Assembly (NCBI GenBank): GCA_902553005.1
Contig: CACDIK010000001.1
Span: 12,644 to 76,643, forward strand
Direction: 5' to 3'
Length of the DNA stretch: 64,000 bases
Source: an uncultured Alphaproteobacteria bacterium
GTDB taxonomy: Bacteria > Pseudomonadota > Alphaproteobacteria > HIMB59 > GCA-002718135
In this document: piece after piece, positions 30,814 through 44,399 of the stretch
Position numbering within the stretch: the stretch's first letter is position 1
Layout of the letters: the number at the start of each line of letters is the position of its first letter
Notes under the pieces: model-generated
Database searches by the model: none
Told to the model about the DNA's origin: nothing
Seen by the model: only the letters and a program-made list of their open reading frames with translations
Position numbers and translations under genes: made by a program

Positions 30814-33800
30814 AGAACTTACAAATATTTTCAATCAGAACCAAGGTGTTCAAAATTTTAACAGTCTTAAAATATCTATAGCCAGTCCAGATGACATTAG
30901 ATCATGGTCGTTTGGCGAAATCAAAAAACCTGAAACAATTAATTACAGAACATTTAAACCAGAAAAAGATGGTTTATTTTGCTCAAGAATTTTTGGACCA
31001 GTAAAAGACTATGAATGCTTATGCGGTAAATATAAAAGAATGAAGTTTAGAGGAATTATCTGTGAAAAATGTGGAGTTGAAGTTACATTATCAAAAGTAA
31101 GAAGAGATAGAATGGGTCATATTGAGTTGGCTGCTCCAGTTTCTCATATTTGGTTCATGAAGTCTCTACCAAGTAGGATCGCTACACTCTTGGATATGAC
31201 AATCAAGAATCTTGAGAAAGTACTTTATTTTGAACAGTTTATCGTTGTTGAACCAGGTTTAACCGATTTAAAGAAAGGTGAAATAATTTCAGAAGAGCAA
31301 TACATTGACTATCAAGATGAATATGGTGAAGATTCATTTAGTGCAGCAATTGGAGCTGAAGCCATTGAACAAATGCTTCTGAGTATTGACCTTGAAGCTG
31401 ATTATAACCAGTTAAAAATTGATCTTACTGAAACCAAATCAGAACTGAAAAAAACTAAAATTACTAAAAGATTAAAACTCATAGAGTCCTTTATTGTTTC
31501 AAAAAACAAACCAGAATGGATGATCATGAGAGTTTTACCGGTGATCCCACCCGAATTAAGACCTTTGGTTCCACTTGATGGAGGTAGATTTGCAACTAGT
31601 GATTTAAACGACTTATACAGAAGAGTAATTAACAGAAATAACAGATTAAAAAGATTAATTGATTTAAGGGCTCCTGATATAATAATAAGGAATGAAAAAA
31701 GAATGCTTCAAGAATCTGTTGATGCATTATTTGATAATGGAAGAAGAGGTAGAGTAATAACATCTACTAATAAAAGACCACTCAAATCATTGTCTGATAT
31801 GCTTAAGGGTAAACAGGGTAGATTTAGACAAAATTTATTAGGGAAAAGAGTTGATTATTCAGGAAGGTCTGTGATTGTAGTAGGTCCAAATCTTAAACTT
31901 CATCAATGTGGTATTCCAAAAAAAATGGCTCTTGAACTTTTTAAACCATTTATATTTCATAAACTTGATATTTATGGTTGGGCAAATACAATTAAAGCAG
32001 CAAAAAAACTTGTTGAAAAAGAAGATCCCAGAGTATGGGATATTTTAGAAGAAGTTATTAGAGAACATCCTATTCTTTTAAATAGAGCTCCAACTTTACA
32101 TAGACTTGGTATTCAAGCTTTTGAACCAATTTTAATTGAAGGTAAATCAATCCAATTACATCCATTGGTGTGTACAGCTTTTAATGCTGACTTTGATGGT
32201 GATCAAATGGCAGTTCATGTTCCTTTAAGTCTTGAGGCTCAGCTTGAAGCAAGAGTACTGATGATGAGTACAAATAATATATTACATCCAGCAAGTGGCA
32301 AACCAATTATTGTTCCTTCTCAAGATATTATTTTAGGAATTTATTATTTATCAATAATGAGAGAAAAACAAATTGGAGAGGGACGAAGTTTTGTTGATTT
32401 AAATGAAATATTAAAAGCTTTAGAAAATGATCACATTACACTTCATTCAAAAATCATAGCAAGAATAGAATCCTATGAGGGTAATTTATCTAAAGTTGAG
32501 ACTACTCCCGGGAGAATGATATTAGGGAACATTTTACCTAAGAATAAAAATATAAATTTTAAAATGATAAATAAAGTTCTTACAAAAAAAGAAGTTAGTA
32601 ACATAATTGACTCAGTTTATAGGTTTTGTGGACAAAAAGAGACTGTCTTATTTGCAGATCATATTATGCAAATTGGATTTAAATATGCGGCAATAGCTGG
32701 TATTTCATTTGGTAAGGATGATCTTATTATTCCATCTGATAAAAATGACCTGTTAAATACTACGCAGTTAAAAGTTCAAGAATATGAAGACCAATATCAA
32801 GATGGATTAATTACTCAAGGTGAAAAGTATAATAAAGTAGTTGATGCTTGGTCAGAGTGTACCAATAAAGTTGCTGACAAAATGCTAGATGTAATTTCTA
32901 GCCCTTCAGACGATCAGCCAATAAACTCTGTTTATATGATGGCACACTCAGGAGCTCGAGGATCTGCAGCCCAATTAAAACAATTATCAGGAATGAGAGG
33001 ATTAATGGCTAAACCCTCAGGTGAAATTATTGAGAATCCAATTAAATCAAATTTTAAAGAGGGTCTATCTGTTCTAGAATACTTTACTTCCACTCATGGA
33101 GCTCGTAAAGGTCTTGCTGATACAGCTCTTAAAACAGCTAGTAGTGGATATTTAACTAGAAGATTAGTAGATGTAGCTCAAGATGCAGTCATTAGAGAAT
33201 TAGATTGTAATACTAAAAAAGGTGTATTGGTTGAAGAAATAGTTGAATCGGGTAACATAACATCACCTTTAAGTGAGAGAATATTAGGTAGAACGCCAGT
33301 TGATAATATTATTGATGAAAATGAAGAGACTATTGTTAAGGCAGGCGATATTATTTCTGAAAAACACTTAGATTCTATAACAAAATTAGGAATTAGATCT
33401 TTAAAAATTAGATCAGTACTTACTTGTGAAACAGAAGACGGAATTTGCTCAATTTGTTATGGTAGGGATCTCGCAAGAGGAACTCCTGTTAATGTAGGTG
33501 AAGCTGTGGGTATTATAGCAGCACAATCAATTGGTGAACCTGGTACTCAATTAACCATGAGAACTTTTCATATTGGTGGAGCCGCAAGTTCGTCTGTGGA
33601 AAAATCTAATGCAACCGCAGCCGTATCAGGAACTGTTAAATTAGAAAATATTAAAATTATTGAAGATAAATTTAAAAATAAAATTGTTTTAACTAGAAAT
33701 GCAAATGTAAAAATCTTGAATGAAAAAGACGAAAAGTATTCCTTCAATATACCATTTGGTTCAAAGATACTGGTCAACGATGGTGATAATGTTAAAATTA

Positions 33801-34924
33801 ACCAACTGTTAGCAGAATGGGATCCTTACACATTGCCTATAATTGCTGAAAGAAATGGATATGTAAAATATCTCGACTTGAAACAAGGAATATCATTCAG
33901 AGAATCAATTGATGACACTACTGGAATTTCTAGCAAAATAGTTATTGATTGGAGTCAGAATCAGAAGAGTAAGAATTTTAAACCTGCAATTAATATAGTA
34001 GATAATTTATCGGATGATGAAATAACAGAAGCAAATTTATCAAACTATCCAATGTCAATTGATTCTATCTTAAGTGTTGAAGATGGCCAAGAAGTATATG
34101 CTGGTCAAGTTATTGCAAGAATACCAAAAGAATCTTCTAAAACAAAAGACATCACAGGGGGATTACCTAGAGTTGCAGAATTGTTTGAGGCAAGAAAGCC
34201 AAAAGATCCTGCTATTATGTGTGAAATTGATGGTAAGATTTCATTTGGTAAAGATTATAAAAATAAAAGAAGAGTTATAATTACTTCTTTAGATGAAACA
34301 GAAACTTTTGAAACCTTGATACCCAGGTCGAAATATTTAAACGTACAAGAAGATGACTTTGTTAAAAAAGGTGACATACTTGTAGAAGGAACTCCGGTAC
34401 CTCATGATATTTTAAGAATCTTGGGTGTTGAAGAATTAGCAAGATATCTTGTAAGAGAAGTCCAGTCCGTTTATAAACTTCAAGGTGTTTATATAAATGA
34501 TAAGCATATTGAAACAATTGCAAGACAAATGTTACAAAAAGTTCTTATTAAAGATCCTGGAGACTCAAACTTAATAGAGGGTGAGCAAATTCAAAAAAGA
34601 GATGTACTAAAAATAAATAATACCTTGTCTAAAGAAAATAAAAAAGAAGTTCTTTATGAACCAGTTCTTCTTGGAATAACTAAAGCAAGCTTGCAAACAA
34701 ACTCTTTCATATCTGCGGCTTCATTCCAAGAAACTACTAAAGTATTAACTGATGCAGCTACTCTTGGCAAAGTTGACAAATTAAATGGCCTCAAAGAGAA
34801 TGTTATAGTTGGCAGGTTAATTCCAGCTGGTACTGGTAAAATGACATCAGATTATGAAAATATCGCTTTTGAAAAAGATCAGGAAATAATCGCTAAAAAT
34901 GAGTCAAAAAACATAGAAAATTAG
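30806..34924 (+). CDS. rpoC: DNA-directed RNA polymerase subunit beta'
   Basis: 1372 aa; NADFDGDQM catalytic motif and a zinc-binding N-terminus. Confidence 0.99.
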   Translation: MNKELTNIFNQNQGVQNFNSLKISIASPDDIRSWSFGEIKKPETINYRTFKPEKDGLFCSRIFGPVKDYECLCGKYKRMKFRGIICEKCGVEVTLSKVRRDRMGHIELAAPVSHIWFMKSLPSRIATLLDMTIKNLEKVLYFEQFIVVEPGLTDLKKGEIISEEQYIDYQDEYGEDSFSAAIGAEAIEQMLLSIDLEADYNQLKIDLTETKSELKKTKITKRLKLIESFIVSKNKPEWMIMRVLPVIPPELRPLVPLDGGRFATSDLNDLYRRVINRNNRLKRLIDLRAPDIIIRNEKRMLQESVDALFDNGRRGRVITSTNKRPLKSLSDMLKGKQGRFRQNLLGKRVDYSGRSVIVVGPNLKLHQCGIPKKMALELFKPFIFHKLDIYGWANTIKAAKKLVEKEDPRVWDILEEVIREHPILLNRAPTLHRLGIQAFEPILIEGKSIQLHPLVCTAFNADFDGDQMAVHVPLSLEAQLEARVLMMSTNNILHPASGKPIIVPSQDIILGIYYLSIMREKQIGEGRSFVDLNEILKALENDHITLHSKIIARIESYEGNLSKVETTPGRMILGNILPKNKNINFKMINKVLTKKEVSNIIDSVYRFCGQKETVLFADHIMQIGFKYAAIAGISFGKDDLIIPSDKNDLLNTTQLKVQEYEDQYQDGLITQGEKYNKVVDAWSECTNKVADKMLDVISSPSDDQPINSVYMMAHSGARGSAAQLKQLSGMRGLMAKPSGEIIENPIKSNFKEGLSVLEYFTSTHGARKGLADTALKTASSGYLTRRLVDVAQDAVIRELDCNTKKGVLVEEIVESGNITSPLSERILGRTPVDNIIDENEETIVKAGDIISEKHLDSITKLGIRSLKIRSVLTCETEDGICSICYGRDLARGTPVNVGEAVGIIAAQSIGEPGTQLTMRTFHIGGAASSSVEKSNATAAVSGTVKLENIKIIEDKFKNKIVLTRNANVKILNEKDEKYSFNIPFGSKILVNDGDNVKINQLLAEWDPYTLPIIAERNGYVKYLDLKQGISFRESIDDTTGISSKIVIDWSQNQKSKNFKPAINIVDNLSDDEITEANLSNYPMSIDSILSVEDGQEVYAGQVIARIPKESSKTKDITGGLPRVAELFEARKPKDPAIMCEIDGKISFGKDYKNKRRVIITSLDETETFETLIPRSKYLNVQEDDFVKKGDILVEGTPVPHDILRILGVEELARYLVREVQSVYKLQGVYINDKHIETIARQMLQKVLIKDPGDSNLIEGEQIQKRDVLKINNTLSKENKKEVLYEPVLLGITKASLQTNSFISAASFQETTKVLTDAATLGKVDKLNGLKENVIVGRLIPAGTGKMTSDYENIAFEKDQEIIAKNESKNIEN

Positions 34925-34944
34925 CATTTTTAGGGTATATCTGC

Positions 34945-34971
34945 TTGACTTTACTGTAATCAATTTATAAA
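34945..34971 (+). promoter_or_regulatory. candidate sigma-70 promoter for rpsL and downstream genes
   Basis: TTGACT at 34945-34950 and TATAAA at 34966-34971 (15-nt spacer) in the 107-nt rpoC-rpsL gap. Confidence 0.4.
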
Positions 34972-35031
34972 GACCCCTACGATTTGTTAAAGGTCGTGGA
35001 GTAAAATCCAAACACTTAACTAAAGGATAAA

Positions 35032-35403
35032 ATGCCAACTATAAACCAACTTGTTAGAAAAGGTCGTTCTACTGTTAAAAAGAGAAATAAAGTACCCGCA
35101 TTAGATAAAAGTCCTCAAAAAAGAGGTGTATGTACAAGAGTTTACACAACTACTCCAAAAAAACCAAATTCAGCTCTTAGAAAAGTTGCAAGAGTAAAGT
35201 TAACTAATGGACAAGAAGTTTCTGCATATATTCCAGGTGAGGGTCACAATTTACAAGAACATTCAGTAGTGTTAATACGAGGTGGTAGAGTTAAAGATCT
35301 ACCAGGAGTTAGATACCATATACTTAGAGGCACACTAGATACACAAGGAGTTTCTTCAAGAAAACAAAGAAGATCACTCTATGGAGCTAAAAGACCAAAA
35401 TAA
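35032..35403 (+). CDS. rpsL: 30S ribosomal protein S12
   Basis: 123 aa; [11 protein letters not shown]... KKPNSALRK. Confidence 0.99.
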   Translation: MPTINQLVRKGRSTVKKRNKVPALDKSPQKRGVCTRVYTTTPKKPNSALRKVARVKLTNGQEVSAYIPGEGHNLQEHSVVLIRGGRVKDLPGVRYHILRGTLDTQGVSSRKQRRSLYGAKRPK

Positions 35404-35405
35404 TT

Positions 35406-35876
35406 ATGTCCAGAAGAAGAGCAGCTGAAAAAAGAACTATACTTCCTGATCATAAATTCAAGGATTTGGTATTAGCTAAATTTATGAATAGAATAATGCT
35501 TGATGGAAAAAAGTCTACTTCAGAAAAAATTGTCTATGGTGCTTTTGACTTAGTATCAAAAAAGACAGATAAAGAAGCTATCGAATTTTTTCATGAAGCA
35601 CTAAATAATGTCAAACCATCTTTAGAAGTTAGGTCTAGAAGAGTTGGTGGAGCAACATACCAAGTACCTATGGAAGTCAGACCAAAAAGAGCACAAACTC
35701 TTGCTATGAAATGGATTGTTGACTCTGCAATAAAAAGAAATGAAAAAACTATGAAAGAAAGAGTTGCAAATGAAATAATCGATGCATTTAATAATAAAGG
35801 AAATGCTGTAAAGAAAAGAGAAGAAACTCATAAAATGGCTGATGCAAATAGGGCATTCTCTCATTTCCGATGGTAA
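35406..35876 (+). CDS. rpsG: 30S ribosomal protein S7
   Basis: 156 aa S7 family; str operon order. Confidence 0.98.
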   Translation: MSRRRAAEKRTILPDHKFKDLVLAKFMNRIMLDGKKSTSEKIVYGAFDLVSKKTDKEAIEFFHEALNNVKPSLEVRSRRVGGATYQVPMEVRPKRAQTLAMKWIVDSAIKRNEKTMKERVANEIIDAFNNKGNAVKKREETHKMADANRAFSHFRW

Positions 35877-35882
35877 AAAAAT

Positions 35883-37961
35883 ATGACTAGATCTCATCCA
35901 TTATCAAAATACAGAAACATTGGTATCATGGCCCATATTGATGCAGGTAAAACAACAACAACTGAAAGAATTTTATACTATACTGGTAAATCACATAAAA
36001 TTGGCGAAGTTCATGATGGAGCCGCAACAATGGATTGGATGGAACAAGAACAAGAAAGAGGTATAACTATCACTTCAGCTGCTACAACTTGTTTTTGGAA
36101 AGATCATAGAATAAATATAATAGATACACCTGGGCACGTTGATTTTACTATCGAAGTTGAACGATCGCTGAAAGTTTTAGATGGAGCTGTCGCTGTTTTT
36201 GATGGAGTTGCTGGTGTTGAGCCTCAATCTGAAACTGTCTGGAGGCAAGCAGATAAATATAAAGTTCCTAGAATGTGCTTTATAAATAAGTTAGACAGAA
36301 CAGGAGCTAACTTTTTTATGTGCGTTGATATGATTTCAGATCGTTTAGGCTCCTATCCATTAGTTACACAGCTACCAATTGGAATTGAGAGTAATCTTAA
36401 AGGTGTTGTAGATTTAGTTTCTAATAATGCCATAGTTTGGCAAGACGAAAGTTTAGGAGCAAAATTTGATATTGTTGAAATACCTGAGGATCTTAAAGAA
36501 CAATCTGCAGAGTATAGACTAAAATTAATTGAAAAAGCCGTAGAGGAAGATGACTCAATAATGGAAAGTTACCTTGAGGGTAACGAACCAACTATTGAAG
36601 AGCTAAAGTTATGTATTAGAAAAGGTACTTTAAATGGTTCATTTGTTCCTGTTTTAACTGGGTCAGCATTTAAAAATAAAGGTGTCCAACCTCTTTTAGA
36701 TGCAGTTATTGAATATATGCCATCACCTACGGATGTTGCAAATGTAAAAGGTGTTGATGTTGATGATGACTCTAAAGAATTAACAAGAAAATGTGAAGAT
36801 AATGAACCTTTTAGCGCATTAGCATTTAAAATAATGACGGACCCATTTGTTGGAAGTTTGACATTCGCTAGAATTTATTCAGGTTCAATTAATACAAAAG
36901 ATAGTGTTTTGAATTCTAATTCAGGAAAAAAAGAAAATATTGGTAGAATGCTATTAATGCACGCAAATAATAGAGAAGAAATAAAAACAGCTAATGCTGG
37001 TGATATTGTTGCGTTGGTTGGGCTTAAAGATGTTACAACAGGTGAGACTTTATGCGCATCTGATAACCCAATAGTTTTAGAAAAAATGGATTTTCCTGAT
37101 CCTGTAATCGAAGTAGCCGTTGAACCTAAAACTAAGGTTGATCATGAAAAAATGGGTCAAGCTCTGGGAAGATTAGCTCAAGAGGATCCAAGTTTTAGAG
37201 TCACCACTGATCACGAAAGTGGCCAAACTATAATTAAGGGTATGGGTGAACTTCATCTCGAAATTCTAGTTGATAGGATGAAAAGGGAGTTTAAAGTAGA
37301 AGCAAACGTTGGAGCACCTCAAGTTGCGTACCGAGAAACAATATCAACCACATACGACGTCGATTATACGCATAAAAAACAATCCGGTGGTGCTGGTCAA
37401 TTTGCAAGAGTTAAAATTAAATTTGAACCGGGAGAACCAGGAAGTGGTTATGAATTTATAAATCAAATTAAAGGTGGAAATATACCTACCGAACATATTC
37501 CTGGGGTTGAAAAAGGTCTTATGGCACAACAACAAACCGGTGTTATTGCTGGATTCCCATGTATAGATTTTAAAGCCACTTTATATGATGGTGCTTATCA
37601 CGATGTAGATTCAAGTGTACTTGCTTTTGAAATTGCTTCGAGGGCTGCCTTTAGAGAAGGTATAGCCAAAGCCAAACCAGTATTACTTGAACCTATGATG
37701 AAAGTTGAAGTTGTAACTCCTGAAGAGTACATGGGCGATGTTATAGGTGATTTAAATAGTAGAAGAGGTCAAGTTCAAGAGATGTCTACTAGAGGTAACG
37801 CAAATGTTGTAGATGCAATGGTTCCACTTGCAAATATGTTTGGTTATGTAAACAATCTAAGATCATTGTCTCAAGGTAGAGCTAATTATACAATGCAGTT
37901 TGATCATTATGAAGAAGTTCCCTCAAATGTAGCTGAAGAAGTAAAGGCAAAGTTAGCATAA
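35883..37961 (+). CDS. fusA: elongation factor G
   Basis: 692 aa; [20 protein letters not shown] and NKLDR motifs. Confidence 0.98.
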   Translation: MTRSHPLSKYRNIGIMAHIDAGKTTTTERILYYTGKSHKIGEVHDGAATMDWMEQEQERGITITSAATTCFWKDHRINIIDTPGHVDFTIEVERSLKVLDGAVAVFDGVAGVEPQSETVWRQADKYKVPRMCFINKLDRTGANFFMCVDMISDRLGSYPLVTQLPIGIESNLKGVVDLVSNNAIVWQDESLGAKFDIVEIPEDLKEQSAEYRLKLIEKAVEEDDSIMESYLEGNEPTIEELKLCIRKGTLNGSFVPVLTGSAFKNKGVQPLLDAVIEYMPSPTDVANVKGVDVDDDSKELTRKCEDNEPFSALAFKIMTDPFVGSLTFARIYSGSINTKDSVLNSNSGKKENIGRMLLMHANNREEIKTANAGDIVALVGLKDVTTGETLCASDNPIVLEKMDFPDPVIEVAVEPKTKVDHEKMGQALGRLAQEDPSFRVTTDHESGQTIIKGMGELHLEILVDRMKREFKVEANVGAPQVAYRETISTTYDVDYTHKKQSGGAGQFARVKIKFEPGEPGSGYEFINQIKGGNIPTEHIPGVEKGLMAQQQTGVIAGFPCIDFKATLYDGAYHDVDSSVLAFEIASRAAFREGIAKAKPVLLEPMMKVEVVTPEEYMGDVIGDLNSRRGQVQEMSTRGNANVVDAMVPLANMFGYVNNLRSLSQGRANYTMQFDHYEEVPSNVAEEVKAKLA

Positions 37962-38269
37962 TGGAAAATCAAAATATTAGAATTCGACTTAGAGGTTATG
38001 ATAACTCTCTGTTAGACACTAGTACTCAAGATATAATTAATACTGCTAAGAGAACAGGAGCAAAAGTTAAAGGCCCTATCCCACTTCCCACAAGATTTGA
38101 GAGGTTTACTGTAAACAAATCACCCCACATAGATAAAAAAAGCAGAGACCAATTAGAAATTAGAACACACAATCGTCTTTTAGACATAATAGATCCTACA
38201 CCTCAAACTGTTGATGCATTGATGAAGCTTGACTTGTCCGCAGGTGTAGAGGTGGATATAAAAATTTAA
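37961..38269 (+). CDS. rpsJ: 30S ribosomal protein S10
   Basis: 102 aa; the start codon shares one base with the fusA stop (TAATG). Confidence 0.98.
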   Translation: MENQNIRIRLRGYDNSLLDTSTQDIINTAKRTGAKVKGPIPLPTRFERFTVNKSPHIDKKSRDQLEIRTHNRLLDIIDPTPQTVDALMKLDLSAGVEVDIKI

Positions 38270-38270
38270 A

Positions 38271-38918
38271 ATGCTTAGATCAGGTTTAATAGCTACAAAA
38301 ATTGGTAATAGTTCATTCTATCAAGAAGACGGAAAGAGTACACATGTAACCATTTTGAAAGTTGATGAATGTATTGTTGCCAGTGTTAAAACTACTGACA
38401 AAGATGGCTATAATGCTGTTCAACTCACCTCAGTTGAAACTAATAAAGACATATCAAATATAAATAAACCACAAAGAAAAATTTTCTCATCAATAAATAT
38501 TAAACCAAAAAAAATTATTAAAGAATTCAGAGTTGATAATAATAATGTTTTAGAAGTTGGAACTAAACTTGATGTAAATCACTTTAAAGTAGATCAATTT
38601 GTTGACGCAAGCAGTATTTCTATAGGTAAGGGTTTTGCGGGTGTAATGAAAAGACATAATTTTGGTGGACTTAGGGCGTCACATGGTGTGTCTATTTCAC
38701 ATAGATCCCATGGATCAACTGGTCAAAACCAAGATCCTGGCAGAGTTTTTAAAGGCAAAAAGATGGCTGGTAGAATGGGTAATAAAAAAGTAACTAAACA
38801 AAACTTAAAAGTTATTGATGTTGATAGTGAAAATAACCTTTTAATGGTTAAAGGTTCTGTTCCGGGTAAAAAAAATTCAATTGTTTACCTAAAAGACTCA
38901 GTTAAAAAATCAAAATGA
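38271..38918 (+). CDS. rplC: 50S ribosomal protein L3
   Basis: 215 aa L3 family; S10 operon order. Confidence 0.97.
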   Translation: MLRSGLIATKIGNSSFYQEDGKSTHVTILKVDECIVASVKTTDKDGYNAVQLTSVETNKDISNINKPQRKIFSSINIKPKKIIKEFRVDNNNVLEVGTKLDVNHFKVDQFVDASSISIGKGFAGVMKRHNFGGLRASHGVSISHRSHGSTGQNQDPGRVFKGKKMAGRMGNKKVTKQNLKVIDVDSENNLLMVKGSVPGKKNSIVYLKDSVKKSK

Positions 38919-39538
38919 AAATATCAGTTCTTAATTTAAAAAATAAATCTGTAGGAGATATTGACCTGGATTCAAATATATTTGGGGTAAAAACTTTTCC
39001 TGATTTGATACATCAATACATTAGGTATCAAAATGCAAAGTCTAGGCAAGGTTCACATAAAACTAAAAGTAGATCTGAAGTAAGTGGACGCAGTAAAAAA
39101 CCTTTTTCACAAAAAGGAACTGGTAATGCTAGACAGGGTAGTAATAAACCTCCTAACTTTAGAGGCGGAGCTATTTCTATGGGCCCTCAAAATAGAGATT
39201 ATACTTTTAGTTTAAACAAAAAAGAGAAAAAATTAGCTTTAAAATCCGCTCTATCTGCAAAGTTAATAGATAAAAAAGTGCTAGTTATTGATACGTTTGA
39301 AATTAAAAGTTTTAAAACAAAAGAACTACACTCAGATCTTAAACAATTTGATTATAAATCTGCTTTATTTATTCATTCTGAAAGCGGAATAGATAAAAAC
39401 TTTAAATTAGCATCTGCTAACATACCTAAAGTATCAATACTAAGTCAAAAAGGTATTAATGTTAAAGATTTAATAAGTTTTGATAAAATATTTATTGAGC
39501 AAAAATCTATAAACGAAATAACAAAGAGGCTCTCATGA
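38915..39538 (+). CDS. rplD: 50S ribosomal protein L4
   Basis: 207 aa L4 family; S10 operon order. Confidence 0.97.
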   Translation: MKISVLNLKNKSVGDIDLDSNIFGVKTFPDLIHQYIRYQNAKSRQGSHKTKSRSEVSGRSKKPFSQKGTGNARQGSNKPPNFRGGAISMGPQNRDYTFSLNKKEKKLALKSALSAKLIDKKVLVIDTFEIKSFKTKELHSDLKQFDYKSALFIHSESGIDKNFKLASANIPKVSILSQKGINVKDLISFDKIFIEQKSINEITKRLS

Positions 39539-39852
39539 AAAGTAAATTCAAACATATCTCTCTTGATCAAGCTTACGAAATAATAAAAAGACCTATAACA
39601 ACTGAAAAATCAACCAACTTACAACAGTTTAACCAATATTCTTTTATAGTATCTAAAAATTCAAATTCCTTTGAGATTAAAAATGCAATTGAGGCTATTT
39701 TCAAAGTTAAAGTAAGCAAAGTAAATACATCAATTTTAAGAGGTAAAGGTAAAACATTTAAAGGCCAATATGGTTTTAGAAAAGATACCAAGAGAGCAAT
39801 AGTGACACTAAATGAAGGTAACACAATAGACCCATCATTGGAGATTAAGTAA
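39535..39852 (+). CDS. rplW: 50S ribosomal protein L23
   Basis: 105 aa L23 family; S10 operon order. Confidence 0.96.
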   Translation: MKSKFKHISLDQAYEIIKRPITTEKSTNLQQFNQYSFIVSKNSNSFEIKNAIEAIFKVKVSKVNTSILRGKGKTFKGQYGFRKDTKRAIVTLNEGNTIDPSLEIK

Positions 39853-40673
39853 TGTTATTAAAGTTTAAACCAACAACACCAGGTTTGAGAGGCACTGTTC
39901 TAGTCTCAAAAAAAGAATTGTCTAAAGAAAAACCTCATAAATCTCTAATTAAAAAGTTTAAATCTACTGGAGGAAGAAATAACCAAGGAAGAATAACTTC
40001 AAGAAGAATGGGTGGAGGAGTAAAAAGAAAATATAGAGTTATAGATTTTAAACGATCTAAAACTGATATTTCTGCAGAAGTAATTAGAAATGAATACGAT
40101 CCTAACCGATCAGCTTTTATATCTTTAATAAAATATGAAGATGGTGAGCATAGTTATATAATTTCTCCTAAAAATATTAAAATTGGTGAAAAGATAGTTT
40201 CAGGTGAAAACGTTGCAATAAAAAATGGAAACTCTTTACCTTTAAATAATATACCTGTTGGTACCAATATTCATAATGTTGAACTAAAACCTGGAGCAGG
40301 TGGCCAGTTAATTCGATCCGCAGGCTCCTCTGCACAGATTGTATCCAAAGAGCAACCCTACGTTCAAATAAAATTAATATCAGGTGAAATAAGACATATT
40401 AATAAAAATTGTAGAGCAACAATAGGTGAGGTATCCAATTCTGATCAAAAAAATATCAAACTAGGTAAGGCCGGTAGAAAAAGGTATTTAGGATTTAGAC
40501 CAAAAGTAAGGGGTGTTGTAATGAACCCTGTTGATCATCCACACGGTGGTGGAGAAGGAAGAACATCTGGAGGTAGAGATCCTGTTACTCCTTGGGGTGT
40601 CTCAACTAAAGGTAAAAAAACAAGAAACAATAAAAAAACGGATATGTTTATAATTAGAAGGAAGAAAAAATAA
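39852..40673 (+). CDS. rplB: 50S ribosomal protein L2
   Basis: 273 aa; [15 protein letters not shown] motif. Confidence 0.99.
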   Translation: MLLKFKPTTPGLRGTVLVSKKELSKEKPHKSLIKKFKSTGGRNNQGRITSRRMGGGVKRKYRVIDFKRSKTDISAEVIRNEYDPNRSAFISLIKYEDGEHSYIISPKNIKIGEKIVSGENVAIKNGNSLPLNNIPVGTNIHNVELKPGAGGQLIRSAGSSAQIVSKEQPYVQIKLISGEIRHINKNCRATIGEVSNSDQKNIKLGKAGRKRYLGFRPKVRGVVMNPVDHPHGGGEGRTSGGRDPVTPWGVSTKGKKTRNNKKTDMFIIRRKKK

Positions 40674-40954
40674 TGACTAGATCAGTTTGGAAAGGGCCTT
40701 TTGTAGATATTACGTTAATTAAGAAAGCTGAAAAATTATCTCAATCCGGAAGAAAAGAAGTTTTAAAAACTTGGTCTAGAAGATCTACTATTCTTCCACA
40801 GTTTGTAGGCCTAACTTTCGGTGTTTATAATGGTCAAAAATTTGTACCAGTAACAGTTAATGAGCAAATGGTTGGTCACAAATTAGGTGAATTTTCTCCT
40901 ACTAGATCATTTAAAGGGCATACAGCTGCAGACAAGAAAGCAGAACAGAAATGA
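40673..40954 (+). CDS. rpsS: 30S ribosomal protein S19
   Basis: 93 aa; [10 protein letters not shown]... [10 protein letters not shown]. Confidence 0.98.
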   Translation: MTRSVWKGPFVDITLIKKAEKLSQSGRKEVLKTWSRRSTILPQFVGLTFGVYNGQKFVPVTVNEQMVGHKLGEFSPTRSFKGHTAADKKAEQK

Positions 40955-41319
40955 ACGAAAATTTAAAAGCAATAGCAAAAGACAATATGGTAAGGATAAG
41001 CCCTACAAAGCTAACTTTTTTAGTAAACAGTATAGTAAATATGAAGGTTAGTTCTGCAATAAATCAATTAAAATTCTCATCCAAAAGAGTATCTGGTTCA
41101 ATATTAAAAGTGCTTAATGCTGCTGTTGCAAATGCAGAAAACAATAAGCAACTAGACATAGACAAACTTTTTGTTAAAGAAGCTTTTGTAGGTAAAAGCT
41201 TAAGAATGAAAAGGTGGAGACCTCGAGCAAAAGGTAGAGCTGGTTCTATTATCAAGCCATTTAGTAAAGTGACAATCGTTGTTGAAGAAAGAACAGAAAT
41301 GAATAAGGAAACAAAATAA
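40951..41319 (+). CDS. rplV: 50S ribosomal protein L22
   Basis: 122 aa L22 family; operon order. Confidence 0.96.
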   Translation: MNENLKAIAKDNMVRISPTKLTFLVNSIVNMKVSSAINQLKFSSKRVSGSILKVLNAAVANAENNKQLDIDKLFVKEAFVGKSLRMKRWRPRAKGRAGSIIKPFSKVTIVVEERTEMNKETK

Positions 41320-41996
41320 TGGGACAAAAAGTAAATCCTTACGGCATCAGACTTGGCATTAATAAAACTTGGTCATCAAGATGGTTTTCTAAAAACGAAT
41401 ATACAAAGTTATTACATCAAGATCTGAAAATAAAAAAATACGTAGAAAAAAAATTAAAGAATGCAAGTATCTCTAAAATTAATATTGAAAGAGCTGCTAA
41501 AAAACTAAGACTATCTATTTATAGTTCAAGGCCTGGAATTATTATTGGAAAAAAAGGTGCAGATATTGAAACACTTAAAAATGATCTTTCTAAAATGTCA
41601 AATCTTGAGGTATTCCTTGATATAAAAGAAGTCAGGAAGCCAGAAGTAGAAGCAAGATTAGTTGCAGAAAATATTGCATCTCAGTTAGAAAAAAGAATAT
41701 CATTTAGAAGAGCAATGAAGAAAGCTGTACAATCAGCAATGCGATTGGGCGCTAAAGGAGTAAAAGTTGTGTGCAGTGGAAGATTAGGTGGTGCAGAAAT
41801 TGCTAGAACTGAAAAGTATCACGAAGGTAGCGTTCCATTACATACCCTTAGAGGTGATATAGATTATGCTACTGCAGAAGCGGAAACAACCTATGGGATC
41901 TGTGGAATAAAAGTTTGGATCAATAAAGGAGAAATATTATTAAAAGATCCATATGCAAGTGAAAAAAAACAGATTGATCAAGGGAGTGTTAGATAA
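41319..41996 (+). CDS. rpsC: 30S ribosomal protein S3
   Basis: 225 aa; [14 protein letters not shown]-terminus and a KH domain. Confidence 0.98.
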   Translation: MGQKVNPYGIRLGINKTWSSRWFSKNEYTKLLHQDLKIKKYVEKKLKNASISKINIERAAKKLRLSIYSSRPGIIIGKKGADIETLKNDLSKMSNLEVFLDIKEVRKPEVEARLVAENIASQLEKRISFRRAMKKAVQSAMRLGAKGVKVVCSGRLGGAEIARTEKYHEGSVPLHTLRGDIDYATAEAETTYGICGIKVWINKGEILLKDPYASEKKQIDQGSVR

Positions 41997-42412
41997 TGAA
42001 CATGTTATCACCTAAAAAAACTAAATTTAGAAAACAATTTAAAGGTAGAATCCATGGCACTTCTAAAGGTAATTACGCTCTAAATTATGGTAGTTATGGC
42101 TTAAAGGCCATGGAGCCAGAAAGAGTTACTTCAAGACAGATTGAAGCTGCAAGAAAAGCAATAACAAGATATTTGAAAAGAGCAGGTAGAATGTGGATTA
42201 GAATATTCCCAGATGTTCCAGTATCAAAGAAACCAGCTGAGGTAAGAATGGGTAAAGGAAAAGGGTCAATTGAGTACTGGGCTTGTAGAGTTAAACCAGG
42301 GAGAATTATGTTTGAAGTAGATGGTGTAAATATAAATGATGCAAGAAAAGCTATGACTTTAGCAGCCGCAAAACTTCCTATTAAATGTAAATTTGTTGAA
42401 AGAAATATCTAA
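41996..42412 (+). CDS. rplP: 50S ribosomal protein L16
   Basis: 138 aa; [16 protein letters not shown]. Confidence 0.98.
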   Translation: MNMLSPKKTKFRKQFKGRIHGTSKGNYALNYGSYGLKAMEPERVTSRQIEAARKAITRYLKRAGRMWIRIFPDVPVSKKPAEVRMGKGKGSIEYWACRVKPGRIMFEVDGVNINDARKAMTLAAAKLPIKCKFVERNI

Positions 42413-42606
42413 TGAATAAAAAAATTAAAATAGATAACAAAAAAATTATGGATGAAATATTAAATCTAAAGAAAACATTAATGAATTTAAATTTTCAAAA
42501 ATCTTCTGGTCAGTTAGAAAAAACATCTAAAATTAAAGATACAAAAAAGCAAATTGCTAGATTAAACACAAAATTATCAAATCAAAATGGAGTGAAGAAT
42601 GCCTAA
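42412..42606 (+). CDS. rpmC: 50S ribosomal protein L29
   Basis: 64 aa; position between L16 and S17; L29-like helical sequence. Confidence 0.93.
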   Translation: MNKKIKIDNKKIMDEILNLKKTLMNLNFQKSSGQLEKTSKIKDTKKQIARLNTKLSNQNGVKNA

Positions 42607-42844
42607 AAGAATTTTATCAGGTGTAGTTGTTTCTTCAAACTCAAATAAAACTATTACTGTAGATGTAACTAGAAGAATTAAACACAAACTTTATAAAAAA
42701 ATAATTAGACAAACTAAAAAATATCATGCTCACGATGAGAACAACGAGTTTAATGTTGGGGATACGGTATCAATAATTGAGTCTAAACCAATATCAAAGT
42801 TAAAAAAATGGAGAGCCATCTCAAACACAGGAGAAAAATCGTGA
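42599..42844 (+). CDS. rpsQ: 30S ribosomal protein S17
   Basis: 81 aa; [14 protein letters not shown]... [15 protein letters not shown]. Confidence 0.97.
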   Translation: MPKRILSGVVVSSNSNKTITVDVTRRIKHKLYKKIIRQTKKYHAHDENNEFNVGDTVSIIESKPISKLKKWRAISNTGEKS

Positions 42845-43209
42845 TTCAAATGCAATCAAAATTATTTGTTGCAGATAATTCAGGTGCAAGAACTATTCAA
42901 TGTATAAAGGTCTTGGGGGGCTCGAAAAGAAGATCTGCATCAATTGGCGACATAATTGTTGTCTCAATTAAAGACGCTTTACCTAGAGCAAAAGTAAAAA
43001 AGGGCGATGTGTATAAAGCAGTAATAGTTAGAACTTCAAAAGACTTTAAAAGACCTGACGGTTCTGCAATTAGATTTGATAAAAATGCTGCAGTTCTACT
43101 TGATAAACAAGAAGAACCAATAGCAACGAGAATATTTGGACCAGTAACAAGAGAACTAAGAAGTAAAAAATTTATGAAAATAATTAGTCTAGCACCTGAG
43201 GTAATCTAA
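42841..43209 (+). CDS. rplN: 50S ribosomal protein L14
   Basis: GTG at 42841 gives [17 protein letters not shown], the canonical MIQ...DNSGA start, and overlaps the rpsQ stop (GTGA). The track's ATG at 42808 would add 11 non-homologous residues. Confidence 0.95.
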   Translation: MIQMQSKLFVADNSGARTIQCIKVLGGSKRRSASIGDIIVVSIKDALPRAKVKKGDVYKAVIVRTSKDFKRPDGSAIRFDKNAAVLLDKQEEPIATRIFGPVTRELRSKKFMKIISLAPEVI

Positions 43210-43526
43210 TGAATAAAAAATTCAAATTAAAAAAAGGGGATGAAGTGATTGTTCTTACGGGTAAAGATAAAGGTAAAACTGGAAAAATAATAAAGATGGT
43301 ACCTAAAAAAATGAAAGCGGTTGTATCTGAAATAAATAAAGTTAAAAAGAATCAAAAACCAGATAATAATCAACCAGGTGGTATCATTGATAAAGAAATG
43401 CCTATACATATTTCTAATCTTGCATTTTATGATCCTGAATTAAAAAAGGGTATAAGAATTAGTTATAAACTTGAAAAGAATAAGAAAGTAAGAATTAACA
43501 AATTTTCAGGCAAGGAAATTAAATGA
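43209..43526 (+). CDS. rplX: 50S ribosomal protein L24
   Basis: 105 aa; [23 protein letters not shown] motif. Confidence 0.97.
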   Translation: MNKKFKLKKGDEVIVLTGKDKGKTGKIIKMVPKKMKAVVSEINKVKKNQKPDNNQPGGIIDKEMPIHISNLAFYDPELKKGIRISYKLEKNKKVRINKFSGKEIK

Positions 43527-44074
43527 GCAGACTTTTAGAACAATACAAAAATCAAATTAGACAAGAATTAAAGTCTAAACTTGATCTTAAAAATATATTT
43601 GAAGTTCCAAAAATAAAAAAAATTACTTTAAACATTGGTGTTGGAGAAGGAAAAGATGACTCAAAACTTATTGATAAGGCTTTGGAAGATTTAACTCTAA
43701 TATCAGGTCAAAAAGCAGTTAAAACAATTTCAAAAAAAGCAATTTCAGGATTTAAAATCAGAGCTGGAATGCCTTTAGGTGTAAAAGTTACACTTCGTAA
43801 TAAAGTAATGTATGAATTTCTTGACAGATTAGTAAACATCGCAATTCCAAGAATAAGAGATTTTAGAGGTTTAAATATGAAAAGCTTCGATGGTAATGGA
43901 AACTTTTCTATGGGAATTAAGGAACATGTTATATTCCCAGAAATAAATTTTGATAAGGTAGATAAAGTCAGAGGTATGGATATTACTATATGTACATCTG
44001 CAAAAAATAATAACGAGGCTTTAGAACTACTTAAAAGTTTTAATATGCCTTTTAAAGTCAACCAAGTCAATTAA
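43523..44074 (+). CDS. rplE: 50S ribosomal protein L5
   Basis: 183 aa L5 family; spc operon order. Confidence 0.97.
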   Translation: MSRLLEQYKNQIRQELKSKLDLKNIFEVPKIKKITLNIGVGEGKDDSKLIDKALEDLTLISGQKAVKTISKKAISGFKIRAGMPLGVKVTLRNKVMYEFLDRLVNIAIPRIRDFRGLNMKSFDGNGNFSMGIKEHVIFPEINFDKVDKVRGMDITICTSAKNNNEALELLKSFNMPFKVNQVN

Positions 44075-44082
44075 GGAGTAAA

Positions 44083-44388
44083 ATGGCAAAACTCAGTTCA
44101 GTTCAAAAAAATCTTTTTAGAAAAAAATTAATTAAAAAATATAAATCTAAAAGAGATAACCTTAAAGCTAAAATAAAAGATAAAAACATTTCTTTGGAAG
44201 AAAGAATTTCTTATCAAAATAAACTAAATGATCTTCCTAGAAATGGTTCATCTATTAGACATAGAAACAGATGTGAAATAACTGGTAGACCAAGAGGAAA
44301 TTATAGAAAATTTGGTTTATCTAGAATTAAACTAAGAGAGCTTTCAATGACTGGTGATTTACCAGGAGTTGTTAAGTCAAGTTGGTAG
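44083..44388 (+). CDS. rpsN: 30S ribosomal protein S14 (long, non-zinc form)
   Basis: 101 aa; the C-terminus [26 protein letters not shown] lacks the CxxC pairs. Confidence 0.97.
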   Translation: MAKLSSVQKNLFRKKLIKKYKSKRDNLKAKIKDKNISLEERISYQNKLNDLPRNGSSIRHRNRCEITGRPRGNYRKFGLSRIKLRELSMTGDLPGVVKSSW

Positions 44389-44399
44389 AAAGGAGTAAT